Part shown: piece by piece, positions 27,458 to 39,800 of the stretch
How the letters are laid out: every line of letters starts with the position of its first letter
How positions within the stretch are numbered: position 1 is the first letter of the stretch
Source of the DNA: Chrysemys picta bellii
Lineage: Eukaryota
DNA: 64,000 bases
Assembly: GCF_011386835.1 (NCBI RefSeq)
Contig: NC_088808.1
Span: 15,810,001 to 15,874,000 of the forward strand
Direction of reading: 5' to 3'
Translations under genes and position numbers: made by a program
The notes under the pieces: generated by a model
What the model saw: the letters and a program-made list of their open reading frames with translations, nothing else
Told to the model about the DNA's origin: nothing
Database searches by the model: none

Positions 27458-27959
27458 AAAGAATTCTGTACTCCATGATGCCTAGCCTCCCCCTCCCCCA
27501 TGTGAAAAGAGCACATAGAACTTGGGCTCTTTTCTCTTCCCATCCCCTGGCACATCAGAACACCCTGGGAGTCAGCCCCAGAGGAGTGCCAGCTGGCTGG
27601 ACTCCTCCCAGGTCTCTCTACAGACATGGGATCAGAAGGCCTCCTGCACAGAAAGAGAGAAGGTGGGAAACAACCAGTCTGGCTAAAGAAAGAGCAGGAG
27701 AGGCACAGACAGCCGGGCCTCACCCAGGCATGCAGAATTCCCCTTCACGAGAAGAGGAGACCTTGCTTGATGAGTCATTTCCCAGCTAGGGAAGAAAGGA
27801 GGCAGAGCCTACTGCAGGGGAGACCTTCAACCCGACACTGGTTACCAAGAGCAGCAGCATGCCGTCTATGTATGTAATACATGCACTGCATGCCCCAGAA
27901 TTCAAAAATGTGGTCTACCTAGTGGCCAATGAGCTGGAGCTGGCCCACAGGACAGCGGC

Positions 27960-28720
27960 ATGCGAAAATTTTCAAGTTGCTTGATGTGTCTGCAATAAAC
28001 TGACCCACACCCATATAAAAGGGATGGTATCACTGCTGCATTGTGTATCACCAGTTTCGTTGGCGGTTTGATGGTATGCAGGTTGAGTATCCTATGGTGA
28101 AATCACCAAAAGCCTGGGTTTCCTTTCATAATCTGTTTGATATTTTTTGATCCAGGAAACCGTCACTTGAGATGGTACTGTCATGATATGTTAAGTGATT
28201 GTTGATCTTTAGTTTATACCATTGATGGTGATGTTGGCTCAGTGGTAATAGTTGATGGGGCTGGTTGCAGGAGGACTTCATTTCCCACCCGCCCCAGGCT
28301 GATGGTGAGTCCATTTCTTTCTTTTTGTCTCCATTCATCTTCCTCTCCCTGGGATGGCAAAGTAAACACACTCTCACTCACTTGCCTCTGAGAACCCATG
28401 AAGGGTAAGCTCACTTTTACTGAGTAAACAGAGCACAGTCATCTGCAAAAACAGTTTCATGTATGAATTCCTCAAAAACTTTTGTCTTTGCAGTAAGCCT
28501 CTGGGACTGAAGAGTTTTTCATCAGTTCTATACCTCGTGTAGCAGCCCCTTTGAAGGTGGTCAGTTGCATTATTCAGAATGGGTGTGAAGAAGAGACCAA
28601 AGAGGATCAGTGCCAGCCTGCAGCCTTGTTTCACCCTATTAAATATGGGAGCTGGTTTAGGGACGGTACCATCTGAGAGTACTTGACCAGTCAAGTCTTT
28701 GTGGAATTGATGTATGGGGT
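27960..28720 (-). mobile_element. RTE-clade LINE reverse transcriptase remnant
   Basis: GQVLSDG...NRVKQGC.LA.ILFGLFF, then frameshifted RLTAKTKV...VFADDCAL (FADD at 28438-28449), then EVLLQPAP and TYHDSTISSDG.LD..I.NR. Confidence 0.8.
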
Positions 28721-29517
28721 GTAGAAGCAGAGGTAGTACCTCTGAAAGTCATGACTGTTGCACTCTTTCGAGTGGTTCTTCCAGTCCTCACTTCACACCC
28801 AGCTCTCATCTCACCAATACCACACTGTCTCTGACCACTACCTGATAAGAATTAATGGATGAGCAATGAGTTTAAGTGCTGTGGCAGAGCGGGGGACACT
28901 ATATAAATGAATGTATTATTATCTTTTGCTTGTTTATTTCATCTTCTTGAACTCTACGCTGGGGTTTATTAATTGGCACTTATATTCCCTGGCCTTTAAA
29001 TGTTTCCTTGGAGATGAACAGTAGACCTTTGGAGAACCGCTTATTATAGCACCAGGTGTGCATGAAACTGAGTGCATTCTAGTGCAGCCCAAGTAAGTCA
29101 CTCTCCTAAAGTTTGGGTGCTGGTGACTACACTAGTGATCACAGAGTGGATCTAAGAGGGACACTGCAGCATCTGATTTTACAAAGTGCAGAGTTGTGGG
29201 CTTTGCTTATTTTTTATAATGTGACATTGATATGTTATGACATTTAATAACAGGAGATGTTTCATTCCCCTCTTCCTCATCAATCAGCTGATGTTGGCCT
29301 TGATTCTGCAAAAGCCCTTGCTCTGTGCACAGCAGGGCGTGCAAATGTGAGCAGATGCTACATGTGCCCACACTAAGGCTAAGCACTCTGTACTGAGCAT
29401 TCGTGAATCTCAAGACCTGACCCTTCCACTCTCTTATTCATAAGAGTCCAGGGTAAAAAGGGCAGGGAACAGATATGGATTTAAGAACAATCCTCATCAT
29501 ATTAAAGAGGTATTTAG

Positions 29518-30849
29518 TAGGGCTGTTGTTTAATCACAGTTAACTCACGCGATTAACTAAAAACAATTAATCACAGTGTTAATAGAATACCAATTGAAAT
29601 GTATTAAATGTTTTTGGATGTTTTTCTGCATTTTCAAATATATTGATTTCTATTACAACACAGAATACAAAGTATACAGTGCTCACTTTATATTATTATT
29701 TTGTATTACAAATATTTGCACTGTAATAATGATAAACAAAAGAAATAGCATTTTCAATTCACCTCATACAAGTACTGTAGTGCAATCTCTTTATCTTGAA
29801 AGTGTAACTTACAAATGTAGATTTTTTTTTTACATAACTGCACTCAAAACCAAAACAATGTAAAACTTTAGAGCCTATAAGTCCTACTTCTTGTTCAGCC
29901 AATTGCTAAGAAAAATAAGTTTATTTACATTTATGGGAGATAATGCTGCCTGCTTCTTATTTACGTCACCTGAAAGTGAGAACAGGTGTTCACATGGCAC
30001 TTTTGTAGCCCGCATTGCAAGGTATTTATGTGCCAGATATGCTAAACATCCGTATGACCCTTCATGCTTCAGCCACCATTCCAGAGGACATGCTTCCATG
30101 TTGATGACGCTCGTTAAAATATAATATCTTAATTACATTTGTGATTGAACTCCTTGGGGGAGAATTGTATGTCTCCTGTTCTGTTTTACACGCATTCTGC
30201 AATATATATATTTCATGTTATAGCAGTCTCTGATGATGGCCCAGCACATGTTCGTTTTAAGAACACTTTCACAGTAGATTTGACAAAATGCAAAGAAGGT
30301 ACCAATGTGAGATTTCTAAAAATAGCTATAGCACTCAACCCAAGATTTAAGAATCTGAAGTGCCGTCCAAAATCTGAGAGGAACAAGGTATGGAGCATAC
30401 TTTCAGAAGTCTTAAAAGAGCAACACTCAGATGCGGAAACTACAGAACCCGAACCACGAAAAAAGAAAATCAGCCTTCTGCTGGTGGCACCTGACTCAGA
30501 TGATGAAAATGAACATGTCAGTCCACTCTGCTTTGGATCATTATCGAGAAGCATGGATGCATGTTCTCTGGAATGGTGTATTTTTTAATGCAGTTATTTT
30601 TTGTACAGAATTCTACATTTGTAAGTTCAACTTTCATGATAAAGAGAGTGCACTACAGTACTTGTATTAGGTGAATTGAAAAATACTATTTCTTTTGTTT
30701 CTTACAGTGCAAGTATTTGCAATAAAAATAAATATAAAGCGATCACAGTACACTTTACATTCTGTGTTAACAGTGCAATTAATCATGATTATTTTTTTAA
30801 ATCATGGGATTAATCGCGATTCATTTTTTAAAATCACTTTACAGCCCTA
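29518..30849. mobile_element. Non-autonomous hAT (Ac-type) element with long inverted arms and transposase fragments on both strands
   Basis: Termini TAGGGCTGT / ACAGCCCTA; perfect 8-bp TSD GTATTTAG (29510-29517, 30850-30857). hAT dimerisation domain on minus strand 29884-30099; upstream transposase segment on plus strand about 30135-30580. Confidence 0.92.
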
Positions 30850-31019
30850 GTATTTAGCCTTGTGCTGCTAACAAGGCTGGAGCAACCAGGGGGCAACATG
30901 CCCATATATGCTCTCTGCTCTGCTTGGACCTGTACAATATTCTATACCAGTGCTCAGAAGGATCAAGCTCTTTGGGGAAACAAGATAGAAAATATATTCA
31001 TGTGCAAGTGAGAGAGAGT

Positions 31020-31400
31020 TTACTTTGCCTGCCCAGGAGGAGGAAAATGGATAGAGACAGACAGAAAGAAAAGCAAATGTACCAGACTGATGCCCAGATT
31101 CTCTGAATGAGACTGTGTGAGTGAAAGTGTGCTGATGTCCAGAGGAGGATGGGTTGTTCCACCTGAGCGGCTGTAAGATGAGGAACAGAGGGAATGGCCA
31201 ACATTCTCCAGAGAGAAGAGATGAGATCCAGTGAGAATGAGACAAGAGAGAAACAAGTGGAATATTTTGACTCCAGTAATGGACGGACGCTGACATACAG
31301 AATGATTATGGGTTTGTTCGTTTTTTGCAGTACTGCTGACTCTCTTGATGGCTTGATGTCTGGATAATAGGCTTGCAGCACCACTTAGGAACATGGCACA
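31020..31400 (-). mobile_element. Possible ancient L2 LINE fragment
   Basis: Weak motif similarity (SENLGI resembling ARNLGV; SAVL resembling GSVL). Heavily decayed. Confidence 0.3.
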
Positions 31401-32023
31401 TGGACCAAGCATCTGCTCAGGCCTTCCCTCCCTCGGCATACTCCTGGTGACTGGATCTTAGAGTAAACACCTCCAATCTGCAGAAATCCAGGTGATTGGG
31501 CCTAGCTGTTTTCTCGTAGCCTAGGGGCTACTACTACTTCTCAGGCATTGATCACTCTCTGAGGAACACTTTTCTATGGGAAAAGCCCAATGGCAATAAC
31601 AGCACCTTCCACTGGGAGGGAGGGACGGGCATTGAGTGCTCTGATACCTTGTAAACTCTGCTGATCAGCCTGCAACAAGGGGCTGTTCTTCTTTCTGCTA
31701 CAGAATAGTAAGATCGCTCCTTTTTTATAAAGAAAACAAATTGAGTCCTATTTTTTCCAATCAGATTATTAAGAACTGGTAGAACTTAGAAACTTCACAG
31801 TGGAGCCTTTAGTAAGGAAATTGAGTTTTGCCAAATCTGAAAAATAAAGAATCAATTATAATAAAATTTTAAGCAATTGAAACACACAACTTCTGAGTGT
31901 ATGCAGAGATTTCTACCTTACTGGAGCCTTGGTCCTCTTTCCCCTCATGGTGCAACAAAGTTCTCCTTGACTAAGGGTCCTGGTAAGTACAGAGGTTGCT
32001 ACAGTCAGACTGCCCCTGGGATA

Positions 32024-32620
32024 ACTGGTGGTAGAACCAGGCTGCCAGACCTCACACCCTTTGGTTTTTTTCGTCTTTCGTTTTTGGCAGCTATGGAGAG
32101 GAAGGATGGAGGATATTGTCTGTCCGCTGACAGAACAGCCACAGACCCAGCCACTCCTTCTGCAGTTAACAGAAGTGGCAAACATTTCAGTTTGCCATTC
32201 AGTGGCATGAGGCCCAACCCCAGCACCAAGGGCAAATGTTGAAATGCCTGGAGAACTCCAGGGAGTGTTGCTGGATCTGGAGAGGGCAGTTGAGGCAGGC
32301 CTGGCCCTGGGTTTGCAAAGCTGTGGCTGGAAGATGACTTTTAAGGTCTTTGAGTGGCCAGTGCTGTCAGCTGGAAAGAGTTGATGTGATTGGCACCATT
32401 TCTAATGGGAGAGGGTCAGGCAGTGTACAGAACCTTGAGTGCTGAGCAGTCTGGCTCATATCCAGAGGTAAAAGCTGCTATTTTAAACAGACAGAGACGG
32501 ACTCTGGAGGCATATTGCCACTGGTTCTGGGTCCAACCATTTCATGGGGAGCACACCAGAATGTAGTGGCCCAGCAGCTGCAGGACCTTACTACCCACTG
32601 GTTTTATCTTGGCCCAGCTA
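32024..32620 (+). mobile_element. Decayed Gypsy (Gmr1-like) gag with SCAN-like capsid segment
   Basis: From 32390: LAPFLMGEGQAVYRTLSAEQSGSYPEVKAAILNRQRRTLEAYCHWF, then frameshifted VVAQQLQDLTTHWF. Possible primer-binding site tggtggtagaacc near 32024. Confidence 0.6.
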
Positions 32621-33210
32621 TATAAGGAGGGATTGGACCCAAAGACCGGTACAGCTGGGAAGGTAATGTAACTTAGCAAGGAAGGCTGCAACCCCAAAAG
32701 CTTTCGACTAGGCTGCCCTAAGGCTGGATGGGAGAGATCTAAGGGAAGGAGTTTCTATGGCTGATGAGATGAGATGGAGGTCTCTGCCCACGCTAGCAGT
32801 CGACACTTTCAGATAGCAGAGTCCTTATAGGAGCTGAAAGAGATGTGCTCCTCAAGGGAGAAGGTTTTGATGCTGGAGGAGGAGGTGATGAAGATCTATA
32901 CTGAAACCTCCTACAACAGCAGTGCATGGCACAGTGATGGGCACCAAATATGAATGTCATAATAAAGGAGAATTAAATAAATTTTCTATTGCCATCATAT
33001 CATGTATCCCAATGTAAACAGGAGTATGCTAGGCAGAGGGAATTCTCTGCTGGCTGTAGGGATTCCTTGATTGTAAAATCAAAGAAGAATCAGAAGTGAG
33101 ACTTTAAATACAATTGAGATACGAAGAAAAAAGGCTTAGCATTTGACCGGTAGCTGAGAGCCACTGTGAAATGGTCTCAGACAGGTATCCAGGCAACAAA
33201 ACTGCTACTT

Positions 33211-33595
33211 CAGTGGTTCTTAAACTTTTGTACTGCTGACCCCCTTCACACAGCAAGTCTCTGAGTGCGACCTCCCCCCCCCCCAATTATAAATGAAAAA
33301 CACTTTTTATATATTTAACACTGTTGTAAATGCTGGAGGCAAAGCAAGGTTTAGGGTGGAGGCTGACACCTCATGACCAGGGCCGGCTCCAGGCACCAGC
33401 TTAACAAGCAGGTGCTTGGGGCAGCCAAGGGAAGGGGGCGGCAGGTCCCTCACTCCCTCTAGGAGCGGCTTTTTTTTTTTTTTTTTTTGCTTGGGGCAGC
33501 AGAAATGCTAGAGCCGGCCAGCCCTGCTCATGACCCCCCATGTAGTAACCTTGTGACCCCCTGAGGAGTCATAACCCCCAGTTTGAGAACCCCTG
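33211..33595. mobile_element. hAT-Charlie MITE containing a nested element
   Basis: cagtggttct...gagaacccctg; TSD tgctactt / tgctacca (6/8). Confidence 0.8.
33378..33526. mobile_element. Nested hAT MITE (CAGGGCCGGC termini)
   Basis: Perfect 8-bp TSD CTCATGAC (33370-33377, 33527-33534). Confidence 0.85.
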
Positions 33596-34683
33596 TGCTA
33601 CCACATCTGTCATTAACTGGGCCTCTTTCTGGCAGCCTTAATAAAGAGATGAACTAAATGGGCTATGGAAAATGATCTCCCATCTCAGTGTTAAAGGTGG
33701 TCACTCCTTGGCAGGGCTGCAACACGTCAGGCAGTCTGTATAGGTAGGTGAAACTTTAATTGATGCTACTTGTGCCATATCTTGCGTGTGACAAAATCTC
33801 CGCTGATAATCTCTCTTTCCTCCCTGGCCATATCTGTCTCTTGATTTGCTTCTCCCTTTTGTTGTTATTCCAGGGCCTGATCCTGCAAGCCCTCTGAATA
33901 CAGAACTCGCAATAACACGGTGGAAGCCCCAGGGCACGGCCCAAATGGTGTCACTTTTGGGGAGATACAGGTTGCTATAGAAAATAAAGCTGTTGGGAGA
34001 TGGTGGCTCCAGCGATTTGTGGCATTCTTGGGAGGGTCTGAAGCCACATCAAGGTCAGGGAGCTACAGCCAAGGGTATGACTCCCACAGACACACAGATG
34101 AGGCATTTAGGGGGGTTGTATCATTGCTAGATTGGGAACTGATTTAATGTTTAGAGAGAGGGGTGAAAGAGAAATTCCCTGGCTTCTCATCTTACTGAGA
34201 AACTGCTTCATCCTTTGCACACTCTGGGCCTGATCTAAAGCCCTTGAAGGCAATGGGAAGACTCCTCCTCAACTTTCATCCCATACCTGCCTAAAATGAG
34301 AAATGGGAAAGTCTGATATTTCCCTCTTGACTGCTCCTTGACCAAACCTCCTCCTGTTCAGCTCAGGTTTCTCTCTCTCCCGTTTGCATGTACATCTAAT
34401 CAGCTTGGGTTTTTTTTATTGAAAGCAGGAGAATAATTGCTGCCTGACCATAAAGTAATCCTGACAATGCCAAGGCTCAAAGATCCCACAGCTGTTGCTG
34501 CTGGAGCCTGTCTTGGCAGGACCAAGCTCACACTTTCCTCCTGCAATCACTTTCATGTCCCGTTTCATGGCCTGTAACCATGGTGGCACGGACTGTTCTG
34601 TCCTCCCCCAAATCCCTGAGGTTTTGGAATCCAACTATAGAGAGCTCCCCAGAGCGGATCCTGGGGTTAGACAGTTGGGTGGG

Positions 34684-34856
34684 CCCCCCTCCCCATCTCT
34701 CCTCTTTCTCAATGATTCTTTCCCCTTTTTTCTTGTCTTTGACTCTTTACTTCTCTCTTTCTCTCATTCTTTCTCAATCTCCTTTCTTCTCCTCCCTGGC
34801 ACGCTCCCTCCTTTCTTTCCCTCTTTCTCTCCTCTCCTTTTACTTTCTCCCTCTGT
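34684..34856. repeat. CT-rich polypyrimidine tract
   Basis: About 170 nt, almost entirely C/T on the plus strand. Confidence 0.85.
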
Positions 34857-34859
34857 CAT

Positions 34860-35950
34860 GAACCCCTCTGTGCAGCGGAGCGCCTGGCTTTCCCCCGGGG
34901 TCCCTGCAGGTGTCGCTGTCCGGTTTGTAGGCCGCTGGCTGCGGGCTGAGTTGCTCACTCCAGGCCGGGGATTGACAGGCCGGGCGGGCAGGACTGGAGG
35001 AGGAGGGGCAGCCAGACACAGAGAGGCAGCCAGCGCGAGAGAACCCGCAATCCAGCCAGCGCCGCCTCTGCCTTTTCAATCCGCAGCCATCCGGCTCCCC
35101 GAGCCCCCATCTCCCCTCCTGACTCGGCTCCCCAGGCAGACCCGGCTCCCGACAACCACAACCGGTGGGTATTGGGGCCGGCTGGCGGGGCTGAGGGGGT
35201 TTATTCGGGGGGGTTGGTGCGGCGGGGGGATGGGACAAGGCTGCCCTAAAATGGAGCCTGAGCCAGAGGCTGCCCGGAGGGAACCAGCCCCCCCCCGCGG
35301 CTCATGAACACTGTTCCGTCTCCCCCCAGCCCGGAGCGGGCCCCCCCCTGCCCCGAGCCCCGCACCCCAAAGGCCGCTTGGCCGAGGCGGTCAGTGCCCG
35401 CTGTTGGCCCAGCCCGCTCCCCGCTCCAGCCCCCGAACAAAGAATGGGGCTGAGCCCCGTGGGGCTGGGGGGCATGTCAGGGGGGTGGGGGCCGGGCGAT
35501 TTGCCTCTCGTCTGCCCCGGCCGAGGGGGCTGTTGGATTCTGGAACTAGCCCCTGTGACGGTGGTTTGGCGTCTGCAAAAACCAGTCGGGGATGGAGCCT
35601 CCCTCCGTTAATAGCAGATGTGGGGCCTGTTAGGCCACCCCACGCCTAGCCAGGGGGAGAGGGGCGTAGGGGTGTGGGGGTCGGGTTCAAATGTCAGATC
35701 TCTCATCAATAGGGGGGGCTTTGCCCGCTTGGATTTTGTGTGGGGGGGTTTAAAAACCCGTGTTTAGCCCCATTGTTTTGGTTCTGCGCTCCGGTCATGG
35801 GAGGCCTGGTGTGTGTGTGTGTGTGTGTGTTTTGCTGCTGCTATTAAAACTGCTAAACCCTCCCCCATCTGGGATTATAAAACTATACACGCTACACAGC
35901 ATCCTGCCCCCCCCCCAACCCCCCCTGCTCTGCTACGGCACGGGCGATGG
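34860..35950 (+). promoter_or_regulatory. PRRC2B: CpG island, probable PRRC2B promoter and non-coding first exon
   Basis: Abrupt GC/CpG-rich block, GC box GGGCGG at 34982-34987, no TATA. Candidate donors CCG|GTGGGT (35164|35165) and GCG|GTCAGT (35389|35390). It is the only such island upstream of the PRRC2B coding exons. Confidence 0.75.
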
Positions 35951-36834
35951 TGTATGAAATAGTTATTTCTATTTTCAACCGCCTTTGCAGAAAAGAAAAC
36001 AAAAATCGACTAGGTAATAACAAACACACGCTGTTAAATTAAACACTCTTGATTTTACAGTGAAGAGATTCTTGTTGCAATGTATGTTTCAACACCACAT
36101 TTCAACAAGACATCTCAGTTTTGCAGCCCCGATTGTTTTATTGTTGTATTTATTGTAGCTGTGCAAAGACCAGACTAAGAGCTGAAATGGAGCTTGTGGA
36201 GGAGTGTTTACAATGCAGCTTCTAAGGCTGTGACATGTAGTGGGGATGTTTCTTGTGTTTTGATGCTGAATCTTGGAAGATGTGGTTTTTAAAAAATATA
36301 TTTTTTTATTGTTAGCAAAGAATTTACTTTTCTTTTTCTGGTTTCTGGGAGGAGATGAAAGTCCTGAAACAGGTCTTGGCTCGATATGTAATGTTTTTTC
36401 CATGCATCTTATTAGAGTTTGTGGATGTTTTGATTAGCAGAACTGTGTGGGCTTTGGTTTGAGTGGTTGCAAACATTCTTTGATCCTGAGTTTTGGGTTT
36501 TGTTATGAAATGTTTTCTTCATAGCTTTGTGTAGAAAAGGCTCTGTATGTAGAAAAGGTGATAGAGGAGGAGAAATTTTGGAAGCAGTGATTGTATTTGA
36601 TGGATTAATACTTTCATATAATGAAGCATTTTTATTTTAATGGTACTAGTGTTTGGCATAATATAAACAGGCTATGTAAATATTCAAGGCCCTGTGTCTC
36701 TTTCTAGAGACTGGGGGATGGGATGGGCATTGATACTGAAAGGTTCGATACTCCCTTTTCAGTACTAGCAGAGGATGCCCCTCACCTTGCAGAATTGAGT
36801 CCTGATTAAGGATTTGTAAGTTAGTTTAGAACTT

Positions 36835-36945
36835 TCATTGCAGTGGTGCCTAGATGCCTCAACTAGATCAGGCCCCATTGTGCTAGGCACTGTACAAACA
36901 TAGAAAATGACAGTCCCTGTCCCCAAAGAGCTTGCATTGGAGTGT
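36835..36945 (-). mobile_element. L2-related 3' end fragment
   Basis: ccccattgtgctaggcactgtacaaac...cagtccctgtccccaaagagcttgca; similar copy at about 48775-48905. Confidence 0.55.
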
Positions 36946-38305
36946 TGGGCTCTGACAGGTGGATTTGCCAAATATAAATTTAGAGTCAAAATGCCCTGGG
37001 GCAGAGAGGTTGAAAGTGGTGGGTGGTGCTGCTCTCATTGTGCTCTGTTAGGCCAAGCCCCTGAGTAGCTAAAACTTTTAACTGCAGTTTTGCTATAGAT
37101 GAATTGGCCCTGATTCTGTAAGGAACTACAAGTGGATCAAACCTTAGGCCTATGCAGAGCCCCATTGAAGTCAGTGGTGTTCTGGGTGGGTGGAACGGTC
37201 ATGTTGCTCCTCACAGTACTGAGATTTTTTCCCATTTGTTTTTATATTTTTGAGGTGTGAAGGATTAATAACCGATCTTCAGTGTTATTCTCTATTTTCA
37301 TGATGACCAGTCTGAAATGTGCTTTTTCTTTAAGGCAAATGAAGACGTCAGGTTAAAAATTACATTAAAAAATCCATAGAGGATTGGGAAAATTTGAGGA
37401 ATTAAAACCAAATGTATCTTTCACCATTGCTTCTGAATTTTTCTTTTTGGACTTAATTTGGCTTGGACATTGAAGATAAGCTGGTCTGTTTCACTTTTTA
37501 GTCACTTTCACTGTTTGGTTCTTTACCCTAGTCCAGTGGATGCTGCACAGGTTTCAGGGCAAATTTTAAATGGAAACAAAACTGTTTTGAAATATATAAA
37601 AATATGATTACATAATTTTGTTTTCACTTAAAGCATTGTCCTGAGGTGCAGCTGGATGCAGAGTTCACTTTATAACTCCAGTCAGGAGTTTAGTCTGTAA
37701 CTTGTGGTTTTATTTATTTACCGTTTCACAGAATCTATTTTGAGTAGAAATGGCTACATTAAATTTTTCTTAATTCACTGAATATTTTGTTTGGTGTTAA
37801 ATCCAACCTTGCAACATTTGCAAATGAAACATCGTACCTCTTTGCTAGTGCCTGAAACCCAGAAAGTGAAATTATTTTGTCCAAGCTGGTTGAAGCACAA
37901 AAAGTGTAAAAAAAAAAAAAACAAAAAAACAAACAAACAAAAAAACCAGGGAAAAGTAAATGGAGGTTTTAAAAAAATCTTAGTTTTTAACCTGAATAAT
38001 TCAGGTAAGGAATTTAAAAAAAAAAAGACTTTTTACGACCCTTTTAGTATTAGATTTTATTAAAGCTTTTTCCAGCACGTAAATTTAGGAACTAACTTCC
38101 ATTGAACAGTGTGCTAAAATAAATAATACTTATCAAAACATTATGACTTGTCAGACTGGGATAGTATTAGAATCCACGTTTGCACTGTGCCTGCTACCAT
38201 GGAGCCTGATCTCTGGTTGGAGTATTTGAGTGCTCGTGTAATATAAAAATCTCTAAGATCTCTATAGAGTGCTGGTATTTTTGCATAGCCACCAACAGCA
38301 TATTA

Positions 38306-38359
38306 GGTCCTGATCCTGCAAGTTGTCCCAGATGAAGTACAGCTTGCCAGATCAGGGCC
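38306..38359. repeat. 54-bp foldback element
   Basis: ggtcctgatcctgcaag / cttgccagatcagggcc (14/17). Confidence 0.6.
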
Positions 38360-39339
38360 ATAGTTTTGGGTGTCGCAGTAGGACCTCTTTGAAATACAGT
38401 GTGTATTCTATTGTTCCTTTCACAAATAATCAGCTGTTTGGGGTTCACATTTATCAGTTGCCCAAGATTTCCATTGTACTTATCCAGGTAATTTAATGTA
38501 CTTTAGGACCAGTAGGGTTAGGACTCATGTTGCAGTAGTACTTAAATCATGACAACCTTATTATTTATTTTTTCGCGGTACAAAGAGATCTCACTGTAGC
38601 AAGACTTCCTTTTGTGGCTGCCCAAATTGAAGTGTGTGGGGGGAGAACTTCTAGGATAGTAAATGTTAATTTGAAATAGGGGAAGGATGAATAGGCTAGT
38701 AATCTCACAGCTCCCTAGTTTGACTAGCTTGTCATTGGGAACAGAAAACACATAAATGTGGGTCTTTCAGATATTTGTCACATGGCCCCATAGAAACATT
38801 CTGAACAGGTAAAAGCTGGTGAACTGTAAATCTCTTCTTCCTAAGCACAACTTTTTGGATAGCTATTGAAATAAACTGACTTTTCATTACTAAAACAAAC
38901 ATAATGCACTCCCAAAAGTTTCTTCCAGGGGAAGATGTGTGCAGATTTGTGACTGCAACACAAGTTTGTTTGGATAAAAACTTTTTCCAGTGAAGAATAA
39001 ATGTGGATAAAGCAGAGGGCTATAATATAATGTTATAACTCACTGAAACATGACTTGGTTTCATTATGAGAGATTGTCAGAAACTTCTTATGTAGCATTC
39101 AAGAGCTCTGTGTGTGGGTGTGTATACATGTAGGTTTAAAGTAGGAAATAGGTTTTGGTCATGTTGGTGCAGAGATGAGGGAGCTGTATGTTTTGGAGCA
39201 AAATTGTTAGAAGGTTTGTATGTGTAAAACTTGAATTTGTCAGGAAGCCGTAAGACCACATCTATAGTAGGCCTGAGCCTTTTCCACTAGCAACAGCGCT
39301 TTTGTATTTGACTGTGGAACAGGAGGGGATTGGCATCTC

Positions 39340-39800
39340 TTGAGTTGCTGTGCTAAAAGATCTGTAGGTACAAGACAGCAAGGAAACTAGTGCAATTTTG
39401 GAGCTGCAAATGCAGAGGCCTGTGGAGGTGATCATCATCCCCTGTGACTCTGGTGCAGCTGCATCTAGAATATATTGTCCAGTTTTGAGCACCTGTATTA
39501 CCAGGAAAGTGTTGACCAATTAAGGGGAGCAACAAAAACTCCTAGAAGGCAGCAGGCATTGATTTAGGAGGAAAGATTAAAAGGGCCACATCTTGACTGA
39601 GTGTGAGAAAAGGTGATTAGAGTTATCCTGAGGATGTAAAAATCAAAGAGAAAAAGGAGTTATTTTGGGTGGTACATAAGGAAATAACTTGGAGTTATGG
39701 GATGAAATTAAGGTGGGGGAATCTAGGAAATCTTTCTGATAGTGAGATGAGCTGGCAGCTCTTGACAAATCATCCATTGTCACTAGCAGGAAGACTTACT
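39340..39800 (+). mobile_element. Ancient CR1/L3 fragment
   Basis: gaggtgatcatcatccc...gcatctagaatatattgtccagttttgagcacc resembles EVILPLY...[11 protein letters not shown]. Confidence 0.5.

Noticed and set aside
30145-30588. 147-aa ORF as a domesticated ZBED-like gene
   Set aside because: Internal fragment of a TSD-flanked non-autonomous element, lacking most of the catalytic domain.
34495-35307. 270-aa ORF at the PRRC2B promoter
   Set aside because: Runs through the CT tract and CpG island, which lack stop codons; low complexity and not an ATG start.
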